From positions 2,356,001-2,420,000 of the forward strand of contig CM120649.1 in the NCBI GenBank assembly GCA_051362555.1: a stretch of DNA of 64,000 nt, given 5' to 3'. This DNA is from Lingula anatina. Its lineage: Eukaryota > Animalia > Brachiopoda. Below are positions 47,944 to 60,420 of this stretch, one piece after another. Numbering within the stretch: position 1 is the first letter of the stretch; the number at the start of each line of letters is the position of its first letter. The notes beneath the pieces are model-generated. The model was not told where the DNA came from and searched no databases. It saw only the letters and a program-made list of their open reading frames with translations. Both the position numbers and the translations under genes were made by a program.

Positions 47944-49785
47944 ATGGCATCCAAGAAGTTGTACGAGGAGTTCAGTGACAGTTTTCTAACGTGTCACATC
48001 TGTCTTCATGAGTATGAAGACCCGCGTGTCCTCCCATGCTATCACACTTTCTGCCTGGCTTGTCTTGCCCAGCACGTGGCAGCGAGTGGGACGGGAGGCA
48101 ATATCACGTGTCCAGTGTGCCGACAGGAGGCGCCTGTTCCACCAGGTGGGCTGGAGAAACTTGTCCGTAACTTCTTTTTGTCCAAGGTGAAGGACTTCAT
48201 GTTGACAACAGAGAGTAAGGAAAAAAAGTGCGGTAACTGTCATTCTCAAGTTGCTCAATTTTACTGTCAAGATTGCAAACATTTTTTCTGTGAGAACTGT
48301 CGACAAAAACAACATGACGCTATAAAATTTCTGCGGGGACACACAATGATTTCAGTGTCTGATCACGCTAAGCAAGTCCAGGAAGTAATGGACGCTACAC
48401 TATTTTGTGATAAGCACAAAGGACAACAGTTAACGTTTTATTGCACAGATGACGATGTTGTTGTGTGTCGTGACTGTATTCTCACCAAACACAACAAACA
48501 CAACTGTGTTGACATTGCAGATGTAGCAGAAATCCATAAAGAGAACATAAGCAGTGGCTTTGATGATGTATCTAAGAACATTTCACTGTTTGAAAAAGCA
48601 GAGTCGGAAATATCTAAGCAACAGAAATATACAACTGATGTGGTAAACAAAACGGTGGCCGACATACAACAACAGGAGGCAGATATTATAAAAGAGGTTC
48701 AGCGTATTTCTGCTCAGTTGATAGCAGAAGCAAAAGACCACGCCGCAACGCACATGAAGTCACTCGAGGCTTTGAAAGATCGCGTTCAACTACAGAAAGT
48801 ATCCATCCACAGCACATGTGAGTTTGCCAAACATCTTGTTCAACATGGCTCCCACACGGAGGTGATGACACACGCTAAAAATATCCAAGCAAGGATGAAA
48901 GAACTGAAGAATGTCAGACCCACCGTACAGGTAAAAACAACAGAGATCACTTTCAGTAAAGGAAAACTTCCAGTGGACGTCTTTGGTCGTGTGAAGAAGT
49001 TAGAATGGCTAGATACTGCATCTTTGGTGGGTGAGTTTGATAGCAGTATGCAAGCTTTGAGGGACATATCGTGCAGCCAAAGTGGAACAATATATTTAGT
49101 TTTTCCGGGCAAACTTACAGGAATATCACCATCTCATGAGGTGATATTCCAGGCTGATGTACCAGACCCCAGGGGTGTCACTGTGCTCAGTGATGACAGA
49201 CTGGTGGTTACATGTGATGATGGATGCCGAGTGTATTCTTCCTCCGGGAAACATCTCCAAACATTTGGTCAGGGTGACATATCTACGCCCTGGGGTGTTA
49301 CAGTGGACAACAATGGACACATACTTGTCTGTGACTTGGACAATAAATGTATTTGTGTGTATGACGCTGTGCAGTACAATCTTATCAATAAGATCGGTGT
49401 TCCTATGTGTAAATGGCCACAATACATTGCAGTGCTCCCATGTCGTGACACCATTGTGGTGAGTGACTATTACGGACACTGTGTATTTGGAGTGACCCCC
49501 CAGGGTGATGTAGTGTTCCAGTATGGTTCACAATACCAAGAAGGCTCAGGTGATGGATACATGGACTCCCCCTGGGGAGTTTGTGCAGACAGCGTGGGGC
49601 ACATCTTCATTGCTGACCAGTTCAATTACAGGGTGGTTGTTCTGACCTCAGATGGTCAACTGTTGAGATACGTAGTGGGTCCACAACAGGTTTCACAGCC
49701 AAGAGGTGTGACCATTGATAACAAAGGACAGCTTGTAGTGGGAGAGTGGAGCAGCCAGGTGAAAACATTTCGCTATGTCCATTAA
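47944..49785 (+). CDS. TRIM-NHL E3 ligase, copy 6; intact, 613 aa
   Basis: Paralogue with RING, two B-boxes, coiled coil and NHL domains. Confidence 0.95.
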   Translation: MASKKLYEEFSDSFLTCHICLHEYEDPRVLPCYHTFCLACLAQHVAASGTGGNITCPVCRQEAPVPPGGLEKLVRNFFLSKVKDFMLTTESKEKKCGNCHSQVAQFYCQDCKHFFCENCRQKQHDAIKFLRGHTMISVSDHAKQVQEVMDATLFCDKHKGQQLTFYCTDDDVVVCRDCILTKHNKHNCVDIADVAEIHKENISSGFDDVSKNISLFEKAESEISKQQKYTTDVVNKTVADIQQQEADIIKEVQRISAQLIAEAKDHAATHMKSLEALKDRVQLQKVSIHSTCEFAKHLVQHGSHTEVMTHAKNIQARMKELKNVRPTVQVKTTEITFSKGKLPVDVFGRVKKLEWLDTASLVGEFDSSMQALRDISCSQSGTIYLVFPGKLTGISPSHEVIFQADVPDPRGVTVLSDDRLVVTCDDGCRVYSSSGKHLQTFGQGDISTPWGVTVDNNGHILVCDLDNKCICVYDAVQYNLINKIGVPMCKWPQYIAVLPCRDTIVVSDYYGHCVFGVTPQGDVVFQYGSQYQEGSGDGYMDSPWGVCADSVGHIFIADQFNYRVVVLTSDGQLLRYVVGPQQVSQPRGVTIDNKGQLVVGEWSSQVKTFRYVH

Positions 49786-52128
49786 CTACCAGTTAAGTAA
49801 TATATCAAACGTTACCAGGCGACATCATTTTTACCACAAAAAGGGAAAAAAGAATTACAGCGAAACTCTGTGCATGAACATTATTTGTTGAACAGATAAT
49901 TATGGATATTTCTGAAATTATAACTGTTATATTTGAAGGTGATGATATTGGCTTTAAACAACTATTAGTTATACGATAATGTAGGAGTGGGAAAGTAACA
50001 TAATTCATAAAACAGTTTAATTTCTATTTTTTTTTACTTTTTTGGCACTTTTACAGTCAAGTTATACCACTGTATAATAAAGTTACAATCTTTTATTTAA
50101 ACAATGATATAGTTTGATATGTTTCTAAAAAAGGACACTGCACGACAAGGATCCAATGTATCCAATGTACATGAAACAAGCTTGTAAATAAATGCTTTTA
50201 GAAATATAGTCAGTAATACCAGTATTTACTGTGAGACCAGCAGGAATATTGTAACACTAACGTAAGCGCTGGTACATTATGTTTTTACCTCCATCCCACT
50301 GTGATATCCACATGAAGGCGGATGCAAGTCACCGTTACTGCGTCTCCTCACACACTACACGTGGATTAGCTACTTGGACCTGAGGTCATCAGATTATAGA
50401 CTCTGTTGGTGCATTTGCATAGATCGAAATGCACCCTTGTCACACTTTTTTCAATAGTAAATGGGCAATATCTTTTATTATTTCTATGATATCCTGCTTT
50501 TCACGTACACATATGTGAGTTTGGATATAAGTTTATTATCGTAATGAAAATGATTAAAAGTACAGATTAAAAGTTGGGATCGTAATGAATACATTGTACC
50601 TTTCATAATTGATACAATATACATTTGTTAAGAGGTTAAACAGTGTAAGTAAGAGAGTTAAAGAGTGCATGTGTTGTTCAATAATAAAAAAAGAATAAGG
50701 GAGTATAGTTATCATTCCTTCAGGATGATACAATGAAAAATCTGTATTAATAGAAATGGCGACCTAAGGTCAAGTAACATACCATTGCCTAATAAGAGAA
50801 TGATTATATTTTGGTAATGACGTAATGATGGAAAGTTGTGGAAAAAGGGATAATCATAGACATTGTGTATGAGCTGAGGAATTATTACATTACCTAATAA
50901 GGTAATGTAGGAGAAAGACTTTGTGATACATCATGACATTGGAATGATGATCTATAGGATAAAAGAGAATGCATTGTAACTGGAAAATAAGAATATACGA
51001 ATAAATCTTTTAGGCTCCCAAAAGATGTATGTTCTTCCTTTATAGTACTGGCGAAATAAAAAGGTACTATATTATTTTGTTTTACAGAAAAACAAAAATG
51101 AATTGCTGGCTGCCATTACATGATGCTGTAATAATTTAGCGGGCGTGTGACTGGATATATGGGCTTGAAAGATAATTTGATCGCGCAGTTTGTGTTATTT
51201 ATCTTTTTAATTTTTTTAATTCTTCCTCTCTATTCCCAACTTTTCATCAGAAATATCATTTAAAATTTAATGTATTTCACGTTTAAATCTACAAGAAGCA
51301 TTGGAATGACTTTGAATATAAGCACATTCTGAGACTGCCACGTCGTCAAAGTTGCCTTTAAAAATTAAATTAATGTATTCCACGTTGTATATGTCACTGA
51401 AAGACGACAGGTACGTCATTGCGCATTTGTTTAACAGATATCCCAACTTGAGGGTGTGGCCCGTTCGGACTGGTAGAATGGTCAGTGGCAACGGTTGATT
51501 GAAAACTGTTCAAGTAATTTGACCTTTATAATTACAATGTTTTAATAAATTTTCCTTTCGGAAGCAATTGACGGGAGTTGGCCGCCGAGTTCTTTCCTCA
51601 ATATATTTAAAAAGTGAGATATTGGAACACTTTATTCGATTGAAGGGGTGTTTTACGGTGAAATGAGACTTCTTTTTCTCAGTAGGGCCTACTACTGTAG
51701 TATGCATGTCAAACTCTACACTGCCACCCTCTCACGACATATGCCACGAACACCTATCCCTGAGGCTCGTGATGTTCTGGGATACATCACTCGGGTGACA
51801 GGGTATTGTTTAACATTTACCTGTATCTCATATACAAATAATGACGCGCGTGCGCAGTTAACCTTTTTCTACTGGTCACGTGAAATGGGCATGCACACAT
51901 GACTACCATTCAGTTAGAGCCCCCTTGGATTTGGATCGATAGAGCGATAGTTTTGTTTGGAATGAGCCCTTGTTTGATAGACTCAACAAATCCTTTTATG
52001 TACACAATACGCATAATCGTTCATCCCCCGTGTTTTACAGTCTCTCAAGCGCTGATAGTGTAAAGCAGGTACCCTCTACCAGGGCCACAGATTGATTTTT
52101 CATTAGATATTCACATATTTGTCTCTGG

Positions 52129-52269
52129 TACCCTAGGTTCTAGATTCCGGTATTGCCAGCTCGATCTTGATTTCATATATAACCCATAGTAGCAATACCA
52201 GGTAAAAGCGACTCCATCACAAGGTATATTTAACAAGCTAGCTTTTACGTTGCTCTGACACTCAGGGTA
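52129..52269. mobile_element. 141-bp MITE with an 8-bp TSD (GTCTCTGG)
   Basis: Imperfect TIRs TACCCTAGGTTCTAGA / TCTGACACTCAGGGTA; empty sites at about 17280, 25370 and 40830. Confidence 0.85.
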
Positions 52270-53092
52270 GTCTCTGGCTTATTCATATCACATTTTTACA
52301 AATGAACGTAATTCATCTACAGCCCTGGCAGAGGTTAAAATGCGGGCCCACTATTCATGCAGCGTCGTCGGCCTGTTCAGTTTCTTTGCAGGTATTGTGT
52401 GAAGGGCGCAAATTCTGCTGTCCAAGCTCAGCTAACACATTCTGCTGTCCACGCTCACCTGAGGCGCATTCTGCTGCCATCGTTCATCTAACGCTTTCCG
52501 TTATCTAGGAGCCCAATTTTGAACATAAACATGATGTGACGCCTTGTCTTATGATTAATACAAGATGCAGTCACTAGATATTTAAGCTTGTGTTTGATAA
52601 TTGTCATGTATGATCCAACTACCAAGTTAATGAACATTTTTGCTCAGGGAATTTTTAGTTCACAGCTAGTAAAAAGTCAGACAAAACGTGTTCTAGTGTT
52701 CTGTTCTAGTGGTCTGTTCAAATATCTGTGGACCTGGCGGAGGGTAGAAAAAGGCGATAAAGGAAAAGTTACCCAAATTTCAAGGTCAGTAATCACCAAT
52801 ATTTTTTATTATTTTGTACCTTGAGCTTTTTATTTGATTTATTTAATATTTACTTTATTTTCGTATTTGGTAATATAAACGTTTTTAGCACATTATGTGG
52901 TCTGAGATCGGTCCTATTCTCTTTACACTACACACTTTACCCACTGAGGATGTGTTTTGTTTGGTTTCAATTTGATGTGGTATGTGGATGATTACTAGAT
53001 AAATGTTATATGTAAAAAATCCTCATGATGAAAAAGCAACTATTGAGAATTGTGTGTATGAATTCAGATTTAGGCTCACGACAAACTACTAA

Positions 53093-53338
53093 GGGACCAT
53101 TACCATAGATTATCGTATTTACTATGGCTCGATCTTTCTCCTCTCCTGCTAAATTGTAATCAGCTTAGGCGACTTAGATATCCGAAACGCCTACTGAAAC
53201 TGCCATGGGGTAATTAACCATCGTTTGGCAGCTTCAGTTGGCGTGCCAGACATCTAAGCCGCTTAAGCTGAAAGCAATTTAGCAAGAAACCTCCGGAGAT
53301 GGATCGGACCTATTAGATCGATCTTGGTATGGGAACCC
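53093..53338. mobile_element. Foldback MITE
   Basis: Termini GGGACCATTACCATAGAT / ATCTTGGTATGGGAACCC plus the internal palindrome. Confidence 0.7.
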
Positions 53339-53701
53339 AGAAAAAACCCCAATGATGATAAAACTGGATTGATCTATTACAAATCAATCCTGTTGTTTGG
53401 AATGCCTAACTATCAAATGGGAAAAATCAGTCTTTAGAATTCAGCAGTTCGTTTCCTTCGAAAACTCATAAGTTCCACCATATCACGTGATTCTCACATG
53501 TACACCAGTTCTCCACGATCTTCATTAGTTACCCACATGCAGCCTTAAAGAATAGTCTATAAGATATTATTCTTGACTTTACATGAATAATATAATATAC
53601 TTATATATTTCATTTAATAATAAATTAATAATAGAACTTTTAAAACTCTCCTTTCCTGTGGTCAATTTCATCTCAAGCGAAACGATACAAAAAAGGCTTA
53701 A

Positions 53702-55927
53702 AGGATTTGCTTCATACCGTCAGAATGGCCTCAACGGAACATATTCTTCAGAAAACATGCCCAACTAACGATATCTTTATCCAAATACACAAATTAAAAG
53801 CTCATTTTGTAAGTTTTTGGCTTTAAAAAACGTCCTATTTGCTCGGCCTGAGAGTTAATGAGCTACGTGGTCACGTGGTCCGATGACGACAATCGAGCCA
53901 CTGGAGAACAGAGCGTGCTTAGCTGTCAAACTGAGCTGCATTGTCTACCTGTAAGACGACTTCTCTGGCTTCTGATAAAAGTTAATACTCATTCAAATCT
54001 CTTACCCGAGGGATCTAAATCCTCATGAAGCTGTGTAAAACCATTCCCGTCTAGTCAATTCTTTAACGAGCATTTAATTATGGTTATCTCAAGTTGTATA
54101 AAACACTGCATTTGAATGAGTAAAGGGTACTGTGGATTATTGCATATGAGGGCCATGTTATTTGTGAAATTCAATTAATTTTATTAAACCGCTGACACTC
54201 CGTCTTGGATACTTTTCTTAAACTGAGGTAAACGATGCCCGTTACCTTTACAAGTCCCATCTAAATCATCCATCTAACTGGAACTTCCTTTACCTCTTAA
54301 TTAGAGGGTTAAATGGCTGGCGATATTTATCTCAGGTAAAAATCTACCTGTGCTTTAGTTTCAAAGAGCAGCTCCCGCAGACCTGGGGGTACTAGATAAA
54401 ATCTGAACACCGGGTTTATTGAGGAGCTAGAGAAACAAAGGAAGAATTTTTCCTGCACAGCTTCATAGGAATTTTAGCACGGACTTGAGCCAGCTTAGAC
54501 CTTCTAATTAACAGGGTGACATGGGCAATTTTCAAATACAAAATAAACAAATAATAAAACTATATTTCAGTTAGCCTCCTCTTAAATAAATATACCGTTC
54601 TGGATAAATTAGAACATTTATTAAATCGACAGAAAATTTTTGACTTAAATGATGATTTTATTATTAATGGAAATTAAGCTACTATATGGGGCACATTTGC
54701 TGAGATTACGCTGTTCTTGATGTTTTGCGTTAGTCTACATTTTGCTGTGCGTGCTTGGAATTTTTTTATTTTTTATACTCACGTATGTAAAACTGCACAT
54801 TTAGTAAACATTCAAGTAATGAATTTTCCCATGCTACTTATAGCAAACAATGCTCTTTTACCTTGATCTGCTACATGTTTTTGGGTTTGACAAAGCATAC
54901 AAATTTGCAAAAAGTTTTGTGTACAGACGCAGAACTTGTATTTCAAGGTATAAAATGATAAATCTTTTAAATTATTTTATACTTCAGATGAAATAACATT
55001 CAGAAACAAATCCTCAAAGCATAAACGAATTAGGATTACGAACCATTTTAGTACATAAGTTCCTATTTTTTTCTTTAATATACCGCTCTTTTTTTCTGTT
55101 TGTTCTTCAACACGTTTTCTTCCACGGAAGTAATGCCTGGGCATACGCATGCTTCAAGTTACCCTGAGAGCAATTACTTTTATTAATGTTCGCGACGGTG
55201 TTTGAACTCAATTGTTTAAATATTGATATTAAACGTCATTTATAAATACCAATAAAATCACCCCATGAAATAAATGAGATATTTTGAAAAATATGAAAGC
55301 CCACCAAGACGATTTTGATACCTGTTATTACCTGGGTTGGGAAGTGCAGCGGTGCATAATTAACAGGTTTGTTGTAAACGAGCTCTTGGTCAACTACAAT
55401 GCATTTAAAATGCATCAGCAATCAGTAAGTTTGCCAACTGATGACAGTTAATCTGAAAGACTACCAGCTCTTGATATGATCTAAACCACCTGAGGTGATC
55501 TAGAGCATCGCAACTATTGTCACCGAAGTTAGTAAGTCACGGAAGACCGTCACAGACAAAGAAAGATTGTCAAAGAGAGCTGCAATTTTGGTGAATCCCA
55601 CGGCAACACACCGAGGCATAACAAAAATTCCTCAAATCCGTTCAACACAACTTTCCTTAACTTCTCCGTCTGTACAGTATGCACCATGCAGCTCAGTTGA
55701 GTCTCATAGACCTTTATCGTGATTGTCGTCACAGTACCACGTGACCTAGATCTGTTGCTTCGTTTATGCATATTGAGGTGAGGTTTACTAAAACGCTTTT
55801 TGTCTACTAATAGATTTTTTTTATAATTTTTAAATGACGGGGATCAATTAAAACATAACTGTAGTGTATAGATTAAGTGCTGGATCTTCAGAATTCGAGA
55901 AATGGATTTTTATATGATTATTGTCCT
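53702..55927. mobile_element. 2.2-kb Kolobok-like non-autonomous insertion (TTAA TSD, AGGA..TCCT ends)
   Basis: TTAA at 53698-53701 and 55928-55931; empty site GGCTTAAAACATATAGGC at 18618-18635; imperfect TIRs AGGA.....TCATA. Confidence 0.8.
54005..54482. mobile_element. Probable MITE nested in the Kolobok-like element
   Basis: Inverted repeat CTAAATCCTCATGAAGCTGTG / CACAGCTTCATAGGAATTTTAG. Confidence 0.5.
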
Positions 55928-55937
55928 TTAAAACATA

Positions 55938-56351
55938 TAGGCTATTCACACTAGCATTTTCGACCGCGGTCAAGGCCTGCATGACCTCGGTTCTGTCGCG
56001 GTGAACTTTTCTAATGTGAACGGACGACGTACCCCTGACCGCGGTCGAAATAAACCCAGATCGGGAGGTAGGTTAAATCGGAGTTAACTCCGGATGTTTA
56101 CATATGGAACGCATGCGCACAATTGGGCAATTAATCAACTGATCTCGTTCGCAAGAAATCCTCGCAGCTATTTGAGTCCTATGAGTATGAGTAGCAGCAA
56201 AATAGTAGACCTATCATTGTCTGAGGATGCCGTCAAGGGCCTCCTCGCCAAATGGTCGGAGAGTGAGGTACAACGTAAATTAGCAGGAAGCGCCAAGAAT
56301 AAAACGGTCTGTCGCAAAATAGGCTTTAGGGTATCTGTATCACCATGCCTA
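55938..56351 (+). mobile_element. Paralogous copy of the Harbinger-like element; left part only, interrupted at 56352
   Basis: Near-identical to 18631-19048. Confidence 0.8.
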
Positions 56352-59300
56352 CCCTTACGAAAATTTCCTATAGGATTTCCTATAGGATTTCCTATAGGAT
56401 CCTATAGGAAATCTTATAGGATCCTATAGGAAATCCTATAGGATCCTATAGGAAATCTTATAGGATCCTATAGAAAATCCTATAGGATCCTATAGGAAAT
56501 CTTATAGGATCCTATAGGAAATCTTATAGGATCCTATAGGAAATCCTATAGGATCCTATAGGAAATCTTATAGGATCCTATAGGAAATCTTATAGGATCC
56601 TATAGGAAATCCTATAGGAAATCTTATAGGATCCTATAGAAAATCCTATAGGATCCTATAGGAAATCTTATAGGAACCTATAGAAATTCATATTAACTGC
56701 TTTGAATATTTTTACAGCTTTTTATATATTGTTGGATCTTTGGCAAAATTGGTGATAGGCACTGGTCCCTCAAAACAAAAGAGAATATCATGTTTACATT
56801 CTTTATTCAATATGTATAAATGTATGTACATATTCCACAGTATGGTATGCAACCAGCTTACTAGAGAATTGTTTCATAGATTTTTGCAAAGTTAATGGTG
56901 TTGCTACTGCTTTTTAATTATAAGTTCTAAAAGTTATCACAAGTATCCAATATGTCTTGTCAAGCTGTGGCGTCACTGTCTTTTTCTTGTGTGAGTTTGA
57001 ACTCCTGCCAGAATAAGTGGCTAAAACCTCCCTTGGCCAGACCGTGTCCGTTGTCAGCATACTGCTTCAGTCACTTAATAATTGAAGAATTTCAGACAAA
57101 AGTCTTTTGCACATTGTTCAATTTTACTGTGATAAGTCTTTTGCACATTGTTCAACTTTACTGTGATAACCTTCTTAACCTCCGTCTGAGTTGCGTTGAA
57201 CCATTTGCAGACGTATTCTGAAAGAAAGACATTGTGAATTTCAATTAATTGTACATGTCTACAAAAATGCAAAATGATGAAGGAAAAAATTTCTGAAAAC
57301 AATAATAATCATTGCACCAATTCTATTTTGAGCAATTCATAGCCTTTATTAGTTAACTGAATTTTTTTCAAAGACAAGGTATTAAAGCTGGACAATTTGT
57401 AAAAAAAAAATATAAAGAACATGAACATATTTTATAGGACCAAGTCCACAGGAACAATCAGAAACGAATTTTAAAATGCAGAAATCCACAGTGGAGAAAA
57501 CTCTACTCTGGTTAAATATGCAATTGGGCCATTACAAAGCTGCCAGGGCCAAAAAAGTCCCAAAAACTCATAGAAAATTCATTTCCAAGGGTAAATGGTA
57601 ATTCCCTATTCTCACCAGTCTTTGCTTGACCTAAATCATCAGTCCAAACCACAAAAAAAAAGCAACCCCCAAATTAAATTTTATAGCTTTTATGTAAGCA
57701 AAATGGCCAGATTATCACAATGCACATTTCATTTCCATTATGTATAGGTTAGCAAAAAATATTTTGAAACAAACTATGGTGTTTACCTTACATTAAGAGC
57801 TGAAAAGAAATTAAAGGGAAAGAAAACTTGGCAAATAAACGATCCTGAAGAATGTGTGAGGTAATGAAATTTGCCCTGACAGCCCCTCTAACATGTTAAT
57901 TGTATGTTATTTATTAGCATGGGTCTTCCTCAGTTATATATCATGATGGTCCCTTGGAGGCAGTTGTGGATAACATTAAATAGATAATTTTTAATAAATC
58001 ACAAACCAAAAGTTAAATGAAATGTAAAGTTTTTTTAGATTCAACTGCATTTAAAGAAATTTGAGCAATTGATTACAGTCTTATAAGAAATAAAGAGACT
58101 AAACAATGATTGCATTATGTATCCTTGTTTCTTCATTATAAATTATAACTTGTTCAATGTAATATAGATATGTTGTTTACAAGGTAAACTACAAATTAGA
58201 TCAAATAATTATCTCATTTTCAATTTGATTAGATGCCCAAATGATCCAATGCATTACTGTAATACATACCTTCCTCGATCAGATTCTTCTACACTCTGTA
58301 CCCTTCCCCTATGCTCTTGAATTTAAACTGTCTTGATAGCTGTATACTCATTTGGTGCTAGTCTCATATAAACAAAGACTTAGACAGGATAACACACATC
58401 TGATAATATCTAATAGGCGGTTACTGTTACTAGTGTAACAATAGCTACAGGAGTAGTGACCTAATAATAGGTGCCAGGCTAACAAAAGAAATTCACAGTT
58501 GTTGAATCTGTGGTTATGGCTGGTGGAGTAGGGCATTCTCTAGCTAACATCAGTTGACTGTTAAACCTTACAAGTGATTGAGCATGGTTTATAATAAAAT
58601 GTGTCTTTATAAACATATTAATTTATCCTCGTTTCCCATCCTTTATGAGGGACAGTACTATACCCATGCTGTTCGCACTTATGCTTTTACATTATATTTT
58701 ATATATTAGGCAGAATTGCACTTTCACTTTTTAACACAGCCAAGGTCAGGTAAAATCTGATTAGATAAGGTTGACTTTCAATATAATAGAAGAAATATGA
58801 AGTAAGTGAATATTATGATCACACAAAAAGTAAAAATACATTATATACTGATAATAAGACCAGTTTCATTATTTTTCATTTAACCCGGCTTTATAAAAAA
58901 TCACTGGATGAATTAGCATAGGATTTCCTATAGAAATTCCTACAAGATTTCCTATAGGATCCTATAGGAATTTTAGAATGGTCTGAACATAAATTAAAAA
59001 TTAAAATTATATAATGATATTTAGATTAGACTCATTATTTTTATTCAACCCGGCCTTATAAAAATTCCCTGTATGAATTAGCATAGGATTTCCTATAGGT
59101 TCCTATAAAAATTCCTATAAGATTTCCTATAGGATCCTACAGGAATTTTTGTAATGGTCTGAACATAAATTAAAAATCAAAATCATATACTGATATTTAA
59201 ACCAGATTCATTATTTTTCATTCAACCTGGCCTTATAAAAATTCCTTATACATACACATTTATACATATTAAATAAAGAATGTAAACATGATATTATCTT

Positions 59301-59561
59301 TTGTTTTGAGGGGCCAGTGCTTATTACCAATTTTGCCAAAGATCCAACAATATATAAAAAGCTGTAAAAATATTCAAAGCAGTTAATATGAATTTCTATA
59401 GGTTCCTATAAGATTTCCTATAGGATCCTATAAGATTTCCTATAGGATCCTATAGGAAATCCTATAGGAAATCCTATAGGATCCTATAAGATTTCCTATA
59501 GGATCCTATAAGATTTCCTATAGGATCCTATAAGATTTCCTATAGGAATTTTTGTAATGGT
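56352..59561. mobile_element. CMC/EnSpm-like element with long inverted repeats built of CCTATAGG subterminal repeats (right end uncertain)
   Basis: Starts CCCTTACGAAAATTTCCTATAGG inside the Harbinger copy. 56676-56828 is the reverse complement of about 59249-59405, and degenerate end motifs AGGAATTTTTGTAATGG occur at about 59141 and 59545. Confidence 0.65.
56366..56683. repeat. Tandem palindromic GGATCCTATAGGAAATC(C/T)TATA array
   Basis: Directly visible; an inverted counterpart lies at 59396-59548. Confidence 0.9.
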
Positions 59562-60060
59562 CTGAACATAAATTTAAAAAATAATTTCAGCTTCAGTGAT
59601 TTGGTACAAAATCATTCCTAATGATAAAATACTTCTCCATAGAAGATTACTTTACAAATGATCAATTTTTCAAGATTTCTTTAAAATATAAATTAAAGAA
59701 TTTTTCTATAGAATCCTATAGAAGACTATAAGATTGTGCATTACAAGCAATAAAAAGCATTTTTGCTTTAATAGTGATATATAATTGACAATTAAGTACC
59801 AGTCTCTGTAAGAATCAGAAAAATAACATAGGGGCATTGGAACATGACCCTCCCAGATTTTGTTTTCTTTTAATTTATTGTGAAGAACTATGCTAAAAAC
59901 TAATAAATTGAGCCCGAAAAGTTGCATATTTAAAATAATTTATTTTTTAGAGCGTTTTATAGTTCAGCCTGAAAATTTTCTCTCATATGCTTTTCTATAT
60001 AAAATGTTCAGGTAACCCCATATTCACTGACAAATAACTCGTATGGCCGAAGCAGTTATA

Positions 60061-60420
60061 CAAGATGGCTATGAAAGATGTTTACAGCATATATTCAGGT
60101 ACCAAAAAATGAAATAAAATTTTTTTCAAAACATAAAATGGTTAAATTACATTAAAAACAATCAACGCTAAAACTACGCGAAAAAGACCATCTGCGCATG
60201 CGCAGTAGCGGTGACTGCTAAACTACGAACTCATTCTGATGTAAATAAATTGAATTAAGGTTATTTACCTCATGAAATGGATATTTTTTTGATAAATGGC
60301 ACTTGTATTCTGGATCATTTATTGCTTGGATCGTTTTTATGCCGACTGGTGTGTAGTATTTGTTTCCGCACATCGTTTTTTTTTATATACAACATAACTA
60401 ATTTTATCCAAGATGGCGGG
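60061..60420. promoter_or_regulatory. Housekeeping-type promoter signature
   Basis: NRF1-type palindrome TGCGCATGCGCA at 60193-60204, YY1-type CAAGATGGCGG at 60409-60419 and CAAGATGGC at 60061, with locally raised CpG. Confidence 0.45.

Noticed and set aside
50535-51070. Unique ~530-bp purine-rich insertion after copy 6
   Set aside because: Probably an insertion relative to the paralogous site near 38190, but I could not identify TIRs, a TSD or an ORF, so it is left unclassified.
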